DNA of 64,000 nt, taken from IMG/VR virus record IMGVR_UViG_3300042898_006229. One strand, given 5' to 3'. The notes beneath the pieces were generated by a model. It was not told the origin of the DNA. It did not search any database and saw nothing but the letters and a program-made list of their open reading frames with translations. This document shows positions 39,883 to 47,292 of the stretch, in pieces. Position 1 is the stretch's first letter. Each line of letters opens with the position of its first letter. This DNA comes from an uncultured virus (IMG/VR IMGVR_UViG_3300042898_006229) (taxonomy: Duplodnaviria; Heunggongvirae; Uroviricota; Caudoviricetes). Both the position numbers and the translations under genes were made by a program.

Positions 39883-41235
39883 ATGAATAAGAAGACATTG
39901 ATTCACGCCTGTAATTTTTGCGATAGACCTGCTACTAAAGATGTTCTAGGCGAATTAGAAATATTTGAGCAGAGAATAGCAAAAATTCATCTCTGTGATC
40001 AATGTTTTAAGAGCTACAAAACTGGCAATAAGTTTGGTCAACTTCAAATACATCAAAATATTATGTCTTTGATTATTAATTCAGAAGATGAAGCCCCTGT
40101 CATAAGCCTGAAAGAAAAATTGGCTGAAGTTGCTCCATTATCTAAAAAGTTTTTATTTGAAAAGAGATTAAGCACTTTTAAGAAAGTTGCTCCACAAGAT
40201 CTATTTGACAACTTAAATCAAAAAGTTGTTGGTCAAGAAAATGCCAAAAAAAGAATCAGTATTGCAGTTTTTGAACATATGAGAAATATTGTTCACCATA
40301 AACTAAATGACAAACAAAATATACTATTTTTAGGCCCTTCTGGTAGTGGTAAGACATTGATCGTCAACACTATTTCTAACTACCTTGATGTTCCCTATGT
40401 TTCTGGCGATGCTACATCTTTTTCACCTACAGGATTTCAAGGATCTGATGCTGATTCTTGTATTACTGATCTTTTGATTAAGGCAAATGGTGAACCTGGC
40501 TTGGCAGAAAAGGGTGTAGTTTTTATTGATGAAATTGATAAGCTAGCATCCAATATGAGTGCTGCAACTAGACTTGAGAGTTTTCATTATTCAACACAGA
40601 GCACATTATTAAAGTTGATTGAAGGCAAAAAAGTCAAAGTGAGCTCATCTGCTCTTGGTGAACAAGGAACACCACCTATTGTAGTAGATACATCTAGTGT
40701 ACTGTTTTGTTTTGGTGGTGCCTTTAATGGTTTGGAAAAAATTGTAGCTAAAAAACTTGGTTTGACAGAAGGCACTATTGGTTTCAGAAATACCAAAACT
40801 GCTGATTATGACTCACAAATCAAAAACTATGAAATTTACAATCAGGCTTCTCATGAAATCTTGTCTGAAAGCTTGATTGAATATGGCATGTCAACTGAAT
40901 TTGTAGGAAGAATTCAGTCTATTGTTCCTTTGGTTCCATTATCAAAAGAACAGATGCTTTATTGTCTTCTGCAATTAGAAGATTCTCCTATTATTAGAAA
41001 TCAAATTATGTTTGCTGAATCTAATATAAAGCTTGAATTTGATGAAAATTATTATGACGAAGTAGTAGAAAAGGCTATCAAATCAGGCACAGGAACAAGA
41101 GCTTTGAACTCAATTGTGAAAGCATCTATCTCTGCTGCAGCTTTTGAATTATTAGGCTTAAGTCATCCTGAACCAAAGAAAGTTTTTATTGGCAAAGAAT
41201 GTGTTTCTAATCCTGATGCTTTTGTAGTGGAATAA
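39883..41235 (+). CDS. clpX: ClpX-like AAA+ unfoldase
   Basis: CNFC..CDQC zinc domain, VVGQE.AK, GPSGSGKT, FIDEIDK, LLK.IEG, GGAF.GL, IGF loop, EFVGR, TG.RAL. Confidence 0.93.
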   Translation: MNKKTLIHACNFCDRPATKDVLGELEIFEQRIAKIHLCDQCFKSYKTGNKFGQLQIHQNIMSLIINSEDEAPVISLKEKLAEVAPLSKKFLFEKRLSTFKKVAPQDLFDNLNQKVVGQENAKKRISIAVFEHMRNIVHHKLNDKQNILFLGPSGSGKTLIVNTISNYLDVPYVSGDATSFSPTGFQGSDADSCITDLLIKANGEPGLAEKGVVFIDEIDKLASNMSAATRLESFHYSTQSTLLKLIEGKKVKVSSSALGEQGTPPIVVDTSSVLFCFGGAFNGLEKIVAKKLGLTEGTIGFRNTKTADYDSQIKNYEIYNQASHEILSESLIEYGMSTEFVGRIQSIVPLVPLSKEQMLYCLLQLEDSPIIRNQIMFAESNIKLEFDENYYDEVVEKAIKSGTGTRALNSIVKASISAAAFELLGLSHPEPKKVFIGKECVSNPDAFVVE

Positions 41236-41270
41236 AGGGTGTAGGAAATTATTTTCAGTAATTTATTATT

Positions 41271-41810
41271 ATGGAAAACAATGATAAACAAATAATTGAT
41301 CAAGCATTAAGCTTTGTGAATGAGAATAACAGATTTGCGATGAAAACTATCACGAAAAATTCTGTTTCAAGATCGAATTTTTATAAATTGTCAGTAACAC
41401 TATCTGAAGATACATTAAGAGATGTTGAAGATTCTGAAACACCTGTTGTGCCAATTACGCCCTTCAGAGATTTCAAAGGTTTAGTGGATGATGAATTTCC
41501 TGAACCTAAATCTGAAGATGAGCCTGAAGATGAGCCTGAAGATGAACCTGAAGATGAGCCTGAAGATAAGCCTAAAGAAAAACGCAAAGGCCTTTTTGAA
41601 AGAATGTTATTAAGAATAAAAAACGACCAAGCACATGGAATATATAGATTTTTACGAGATATTAAATCAGATAAATTAAATAGTTTATCATTGGAAGATA
41701 TTATCAATATGTCCCCCCAAGAAAGAGCTAATTTATTAGAAGTTGAATATAGACCTGGCGCTAGAAATTTACCGGGCAAAATATTAAATACTGATATCGG
41801 TAGAAGATAG
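41271..41810 (+). CDS. Hypothetical protein with EDEP repeats
   Basis: 179-aa ORF at the start of a co-directional run. Confidence 0.7.
   Translation: MENNDKQIIDQALSFVNENNRFAMKTITKNSVSRSNFYKLSVTLSEDTLRDVEDSETPVVPITPFRDFKGLVDDEFPEPKSEDEPEDEPEDEPEDEPEDKPKEKRKGLFERMLLRIKNDQAHGIYRFLRDIKSDKLNSLSLEDIINMSPQERANLLEVEYRPGARNLPGKILNTDIGRR
41512..41571 (+). repeat. 12-bp tandem repeat (CTGAAGATGAGC, 5 copies) encoding EDEP
   Basis: Directly visible, with two single-base variant copies. Confidence 0.9.
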
Positions 41811-41812
41811 CA

Positions 41813-42652
41813 ATGAATTCAAATATTAAACTTGCACAATTATCGAATTTAGTCGGAGCTTTTACAGGCGGTTCATTACCATCAGTTGGCGCATTAGATT
41901 GGATAGAAGAACTTCTTAATCCAGAGGCTATCACAAAAAATTTAATTTTCTTAACAGCCTTGGCTCAAAATGTTAATCAAAGATATAACCCCAATGCTTA
42001 TTACCATGTTTTGGAAATGGATAAAAGTAGAGGCTATGAAGCTATAGATCCAAATACTGGAAAACCTATAATAGATCCTATGACTGGTAAACCAATGGGT
42101 ACTCAAGATGATCCTTACGTTTTTCAACATTCGCAAGGTCACTTAGAAAAACTTGATTATAAAAAGCTTCAGAGAGAGTTAAATTCAATTCCATCTGACC
42201 CTCATGGAGCCACAAGTAAACATCAATTTTCTGAACTCAAACCAGAACAAGATATGCCAATGTTTGTTAAGAAAAACATCAACACAAGTGAATTTTCACC
42301 TGAATATAAAGCAATGTTTGATAAATTATATCCAGGTGTTTCAAGACCAGCTCCAACTGCTGAAACTAAAAGCTTTGTAAAAGTAGCACAAACAACTCGA
42401 GCAGAATCATCAATAAATCAAACCAGAGCACAAAAAGCAGAAGAAATCAAAAGATTAATGCCCAATTGGAATTTTGAAAATGTAAGGGCTGCACTTAATG
42501 CAATTGATAAAAAGTATGGCCCAAATCCGACTGAAAAACAAAAGCAAGAAATGAAATTATTGATTCAAAAAACTTTAAAAAATTTTGAAGACTCAATGAA
42601 ACCTTTACATGAATACCTGGTGAAAAATGGTTACTCAAAAAAATTTAGCTAA
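41813..42652 (+). CDS. Hypothetical protein (IKLAQ and VKVAQ tags)
   Basis: 279-aa ORF. Confidence 0.75.
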   Translation: MNSNIKLAQLSNLVGAFTGGSLPSVGALDWIEELLNPEAITKNLIFLTALAQNVNQRYNPNAYYHVLEMDKSRGYEAIDPNTGKPIIDPMTGKPMGTQDDPYVFQHSQGHLEKLDYKKLQRELNSIPSDPHGATSKHQFSELKPEQDMPMFVKKNINTSEFSPEYKAMFDKLYPGVSRPAPTAETKSFVKVAQTTRAESSINQTRAQKAEEIKRLMPNWNFENVRAALNAIDKKYGPNPTEKQKQEMKLLIQKTLKNFEDSMKPLHEYLVKNGYSKKFS

Positions 42653-43376
42653 CTTGATAAAAGTTGCAAATAAATTAGATGAATCTGGTAATTTTAGATT
42701 ATCAGATAAGATTGATCATTTAATTAAAACATCCCAAGCTGTGGGTATTCAAACCCCAGTAGATTATAAAACTGTAAGACCAAGTGGGAATGTACCTGTT
42801 CTTGGGTTATTTGAAAACTTAAAAGACAGCTCATTTGGTTATCAATTAGCAGGTGGTCAATATGATGCACAAGCTCCAGGGAAGTTTTCTGGCCCTGATG
42901 CTGTATTGGTTCAAAAAACATTGACACCTTCACAATATGCAGCTATGGAAAAAAATGATCCTGAAGGCTTAGCAAGATTACAGATGCAAGAAGGATTAAG
43001 AGCTCAACAGTATTTAGCGCAATCTGGGGCTTCATTTGCAAATCTTGGTAAAATAATTTCTCAATGGTTAGGTCCAGGAGTTAGCCAAGCAAAAAAAGAT
43101 TCTTTCAAGAATTATGTATTGCCAAATGTATTTTCTTCTATGGTATCAACTATTCTTTCTAATACACCTGTCAAAGAATGGGATAAAAAGATTAAGGATT
43201 TAGAAACCACTGCATCAAGTTCATCTCCTCAATATACCTCTTATATTAGCGGTGCAGTTAAAGAATCTGTAAGAAAAACCTTAGAAAATATGAAATTCCA
43301 AAATGTCGTCAAATATCAGCAGTTTATGAGAGATCCAAATTACAAAGAATTTACAAGAAGGCAAAATTTAATCTAG
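42627..43376 (+). CDS. Hypothetical protein with N-terminal LIKVANKLDESG..SDKID tag
   Basis: 249-aa ORF. Confidence 0.75.
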   Translation: MVTQKNLANLIKVANKLDESGNFRLSDKIDHLIKTSQAVGIQTPVDYKTVRPSGNVPVLGLFENLKDSSFGYQLAGGQYDAQAPGKFSGPDAVLVQKTLTPSQYAAMEKNDPEGLARLQMQEGLRAQQYLAQSGASFANLGKIISQWLGPGVSQAKKDSFKNYVLPNVFSSMVSTILSNTPVKEWDKKIKDLETTASSSSPQYTSYISGAVKESVRKTLENMKFQNVVKYQQFMRDPNYKEFTRRQNLI

Positions 43377-43392
43377 TCTGTATAATTCTGAT

Positions 43393-44136
43393 ATGTCAGA
43401 ATTATGCCCAGTTTATTTATCTTCTGGTGATTGTTTAGTAAAAGTATTATCAAACCCAAGATTATCTTCATTTATCTCCAAAATTCAGCTTGATGTTGTA
43501 GTAGAGTCTTGGGGCAAAGATTGTCAAGGTGATCGCAATTTATGCACTTTTAAGCATCAAATTGAAGAACAATCTGCACCAACTCCAGAGCCAGAACCAG
43601 AGCCAATTGTTGATACTAGAACAAAAATTAGTATTCATAAAATAGAAAATCCATATCTAGTTAAAGCTGATGTTTTGGTATACCCTACTAATATTGGTCT
43701 TACTATTGATGACCCACTCTTAAATAAAATGTCCCGTGGTGTTGTTCAAAATGAGCTTGACAGATTTCAGAAGCCTATCAATATGGGAACTGTTTACATC
43801 ACTTCTAACGGTGGTGAAAATTCTAAAGTCAAAGCTAGAAAAATTTATCACGCTACAGTATCTGGAGAAAGTAGACTTGTTAACGAAGTGGATCTCAAAT
43901 CTGCAATGAGAAAAGCTTTGTTTTTAGCAGATGAAGAACAAGCCAGAAATGTACTCTTCATACCTGCTGATTGTGGCACTCACGATATCAATGATGCTGC
44001 TAGAGTTCAATTAGCTGCTATCAAAACCTATTTACAATCAGCCAAAGAGTCAAATATTAAGAATATTTTTATCGTAATGGAAGACGAGGAAAGTTATCAA
44101 GTTTACGAAGAATATTACAATAGAATCTTCTCTTGA
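43393..44136 (+). CDS. Macrodomain-fold protein with Cys-containing N-terminal domain
   Basis: ADVLV.PTN..L......G, G.V.IT..G...A.KIYHA, AL..A......V..PA..G (degenerate macrodomain). Confidence 0.75.
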   Translation: MSELCPVYLSSGDCLVKVLSNPRLSSFISKIQLDVVVESWGKDCQGDRNLCTFKHQIEEQSAPTPEPEPEPIVDTRTKISIHKIENPYLVKADVLVYPTNIGLTIDDPLLNKMSRGVVQNELDRFQKPINMGTVYITSNGGENSKVKARKIYHATVSGESRLVNEVDLKSAMRKALFLADEEQARNVLFIPADCGTHDINDAARVQLAAIKTYLQSAKESNIKNIFIVMEDEESYQVYEEYYNRIFS

Positions 44137-44147
44137 GGCATAAATGA

Positions 44148-44474
44148 ATGGAACAAAATATAGAATGTAACAACCCATCGAATCTAATTTGTGGTCTTCT
44201 TGATACCTTTAGTTGTGCAGCTTATATTTTAGATGACAATAAAAACCTGATAATGAATGACAAGGCACGAGAACTTTTTTTGAAAGGCTTTGACATTAAA
44301 AATTATTTATCAGCCTCATACATTCAATTTAGAGACCAAAGATATAGTTTAAAACAAAAAGATATAAATCACGGCACAAAAAGCAAATTATTTATTCTTG
44401 AAACTGTAGATGACACTATTGTAAAACTTTCCGAATCCTCAAAGAAATTACGACAAGTTCTATCTGCTCTTTAA
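44148..44474 (+). CDS. Small PAS-like hypothetical protein
   Basis: LLD....A.ILD.....MN.KA.ELF resembles a PAS N-terminus. Confidence 0.45.
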   Translation: MEQNIECNNPSNLICGLLDTFSCAAYILDDNKNLIMNDKARELFLKGFDIKNYLSASYIQFRDQRYSLKQKDINHGTKSKLFILETVDDTIVKLSESSKKLRQVLSAL

Positions 44475-44487
44475 TTGGAGGATAAAA

Positions 44488-44943
44488 ATGCAAGATAACG
44501 AAGTCGGATTAGAACAACTTAAGAGCGTATATAAAGCACAGACAGAGGCATATTTAGATTTCAATATGGCTCTTATCAATATTCTTACAAATCAGAAAGA
44601 AATATTGACCCGTGTAGAATCTTTAAAAATTTTATCTGAAGATGAATTTAAAAAACTTTCTAAAGACTATGCAGTTTTAGAAAAAATGTTTGAAAATTTC
44701 CAAACAGCTCAAATCAAAAGAGATGCTGATATTGAAGAAGCAACCCTAGAATACACAGCACAAATATCTGATTTTGGTTCTGATATCTCTGAAGTAAAAG
44801 AAGATATCAAGAGTATGAAGAAAATCTATTGGGATGTAAAAAACACAATAAATAGAATTATGTGGACAATTGGTGGAGTTATTGCCTTCCTTACTGTACT
44901 TCAATTATTTACTGGCAAAACTGTATCGGATTTTGTAAAGTAA
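44488..44943 (+). CDS. Coiled-coil protein with C-terminal TM helix
   Basis: Heptad-rich sequence, IMWTIGGVIAFLTVLQLF, SD GGAGG. Confidence 0.7.
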   Translation: MQDNEVGLEQLKSVYKAQTEAYLDFNMALINILTNQKEILTRVESLKILSEDEFKKLSKDYAVLEKMFENFQTAQIKRDADIEEATLEYTAQISDFGSDISEVKEDIKSMKKIYWDVKNTINRIMWTIGGVIAFLTVLQLFTGKTVSDFVK

Positions 44944-45173
44944 TGCCAACTGTAGCTTGTTATTGTGAAAAATGTGGACAAAGTTTTTTCTTAAAAGATG
45001 AACTATATTTGCCAGGTTTAAAAAATAGATTTCAATTTACCCGCCCAGAAAAGAAAGAATTAAAAACCTGGGATGATTATGTCATGCATATTTCAACAAA
45101 TTGTGAAGATTGCAGAGTAAAAGAAGTGCCTGAATCTTGTTTAGAAGATTACAAAAAACATAAATATCATTAA
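44943..45173 (+). CDS. Small Zn-finger-like protein
   Basis: MPTVACYCEKC...CEDC. TAATG overlap supports ATG 44943. Confidence 0.6.
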   Translation: MPTVACYCEKCGQSFFLKDELYLPGLKNRFQFTRPEKKELKTWDDYVMHISTNCEDCRVKEVPESCLEDYKKHKYH

Positions 45174-45445
45174 GCTGATTTAATTATCCCATCAATACTA
45201 TTTCTAATGTCATTGATGCTTTGTGGGGATAAATTATTTCCGACAAATTTTAGGTTGTTATCAATATTTAAATGATACAAAACACCACCTATTATTTCGT
45301 CCATTTCTGAAATAATATCAGCATTTGAAAAAATTACATCTGGGCTAGCTTCTGTTTGCATAGCATCTGCAAGATTTGTGGCTTCTTCTTCGAATCCATT
45401 TTGTTCTAATTCTTGCACTAATTGAGCTAATTTGCTATAATTCAT
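45170..45445 (-). CDS. Small hypothetical protein with KLAQ tag
   Basis: MNYSKLAQLVQELEQNGFEEEATNL. TAATG overlap with the upstream gene. Confidence 0.7.
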   Translation of the reverse strand: MNYSKLAQLVQELEQNGFEEEATNLADAMQTEASPDVIFSNADIISEMDEIIGGVLYHLNIDNNLKFVGNNLSPQSINDIRNSIDGIIKSA

Positions 45446-45759
45446 TAGTCGGCCTTAAAGATCTCTGAGAAAAGATTGTCAATATAATCATTTTTTGAAG
45501 CATTGACTGTTTTTTCTGTGAGTTGTTTTTGAATTTGAGGAGGTAAACACGAAATACAAACTTTCTTACCAACACGATCTTGTTGCCAGTTTGCGTATTC
45601 TACATATTGTGGCAAGTAGAAAAACAAGCCACTATTCATAGGTACTTCTGCCATACAAACTTCGCACTGACGCATTAGATTAATCTTTTGCTTTGGCGCA
45701 TTTTGTGAGACGGTGTGATAAGATTTCATTGAGTCGATTGGGTTCATATGTATTTCCAA
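45445..45759 (-). CDS. Small Cys-containing (CxxC...CxxC) protein
   Basis: CEVC...CISC. The start may be the ATG a few codons in. Confidence 0.65.
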   Translation of the reverse strand: MEIHMNPIDSMKSYHTVSQNAPKQKINLMRQCEVCMAEVPMNSGLFFYLPQYVEYANWQQDRVGKKVCISCLPPQIQKQLTEKTVNASKNDYIDNLFSEIFKAD

Positions 45760-45827
45760 AAAATAAAAAACACTATAATCTAATTATAAAAAGTTTCAAG
45801 TGATTTCCTGCTTGAAATGAAAAGGAG

Positions 45828-46448
45828 ATGACAATGATTGAGGTAATCAGTCAGGTAGTAATCTCTATTATTCTTTTACTGACAAGTATGAGAGTAGTAA
45901 AATTACCACCGAAACCATACCATCAAGATGCGAAAGTTTCCGTATCAACATCAAAGGATAAACTTGATAAAAAAGAAAAAATTTCTAAATTTATCAAACT
46001 TGTTCAACCGAGATATTCGCAATCATACATAAAGAAAATTACAGCTGCTATAATGAAGTATGCTGCAGTTTTCAAAGTAGATCCATATGTGATAGCTTCT
46101 ACCGCATATGTTGAAAGCGAATTCAAGATGACTAGTAGACCCTGTATTGGTATGATGCAGCTAGTCAGATCATCAATTAGGTATTACGACCCCAAAAGAG
46201 TCTATAATCCATATACAATTGATGGGAATGTAGCAATAGGAACAAAAGAGCTATCTAAGCACTTACAACGCTATTCTAGGGGCAAATTACCCAGTAGAAC
46301 TGCTTATAGGAAAATGTACAGATCTTATAATGGATCTTATATGAAAAATAGATACTCTACAAAGACATTGCTAGTTCAAACCAGATTAGAACATCTTTCT
46401 ATAGATGCTTTAAAGGCTAAATTGAAAAAAGGGCCAATTTGGAGATAA
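45828..46448 (+). CDS. Lytic transglycosylase (SLT-like) with N-terminal signal/anchor
   Basis: VDP..I...A.VES.F, GMMQL, N..IG...L, YNG. Hydrophobic N-terminus. SD AGGAG. Confidence 0.85.
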   Translation: MTMIEVISQVVISIILLLTSMRVVKLPPKPYHQDAKVSVSTSKDKLDKKEKISKFIKLVQPRYSQSYIKKITAAIMKYAAVFKVDPYVIASTAYVESEFKMTSRPCIGMMQLVRSSIRYYDPKRVYNPYTIDGNVAIGTKELSKHLQRYSRGKLPSRTAYRKMYRSYNGSYMKNRYSTKTLLVQTRLEHLSIDALKAKLKKGPIWR

Positions 46449-46483
46449 AAAAAAGAGGGGAGAATTTTCTCCCCTCTTTTTTT
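46447..46483. terminator. Bidirectional intrinsic terminator
   Basis: A-run-GAGGGGAGAA-TT-TTCTCCCCTC-T-run between convergent genes. Confidence 0.88.
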
Positions 46484-46500
46484 ACAATTAGATAAACTAA

Positions 46501-47013
46501 TTATAAACCACCAGCAGTGTTGGTGAATCTGTTTTGTGACGATGGATATCTTGAAATACTTGTTGTTGATACTGCAGTGCCAGCATTTACAACAGTTACA
46601 TCTGCAATCAGTTTATTGAATTCATAAGCCATCTTTTCCATCTTGGATTGAAGATTGTTGTATGAAATTCCTGATAATGCAACTGCAATACTTCTTTCAG
46701 TAGCTGTAATTGAGCCAATGGCTGTTGTGTATGCTGAAATTAATGTTGACAAGTTAGTTTGTGCAAGACCAAAGTCTGTGAATGTTGATGTTCCCAATCC
46801 GGTTACACCAAAAGTTATGTCAGTTGGATATTTTGCAGCAGAGTTGTAAAGAACTGTTGTGCTATCGTTTGGGCCTGAACCATAACCAATGACAGTATCT
46901 TTGAGCTCTTGGTAAGTTGTTAAATTGTTAAAAAGGTATGAGCCTGGATCATTGGTAGTACCATTGGCTGATCTAGCGACACCTTTGTATAAACTTGATG
47001 GATATGTTGGCAT
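46501..47013 (-). CDS. Hypothetical (probable structural) protein
   Basis: 170 aa, Thr/Ser-rich, SD AAGGAG. Confidence 0.75.
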   Translation of the reverse strand: MPTYPSSLYKGVARSANGTTNDPGSYLFNNLTTYQELKDTVIGYGSGPNDSTTVLYNSAAKYPTDITFGVTGLGTSTFTDFGLAQTNLSTLISAYTTAIGSITATERSIAVALSGISYNNLQSKMEKMAYEFNKLIADVTVVNAGTAVSTTSISRYPSSQNRFTNTAGGL

Positions 47014-47292
47014 ATTAAGTACTCCTTATACCTTATCTATTTCTTCGAAGAAACATAAACTAAAACAAATTATTTTTTTTGTTTTCAATTTGTTATTTCT
47101 ATTACTTTTTATTTTTCACCTTCAACGCTTGTTTTGGGCAATTATTTTTTATTTATGAAAAACTGTGTGTTGTTCCTCTAGAATTTTTGTAGTTATTTCT
47201 TTATCAAATAATGAATATAAAAAGTATGAATCCTCTAATGCTGTAAAAAAAATACAGCAGATAATATTGCAGCCCGTTTTTTCTAAATTTTT

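Noticed and set aside
10000..41235. Bacterial chromosome origin suggested by dnaK, dnaJ, gyrAB, clpX and lepB
   Set aside because: These genes are scattered among phage structural genes and orphans without their normal operon partners (grpE, hrcA, clpP, dnaN, recF), which fits a huge phage better.
47014..47292. AT-rich 280-bp intergenic region as a replication origin or ncRNA
   Set aside because: No iterons or convincing structure seen. Adequately explained as a divergent promoter region.
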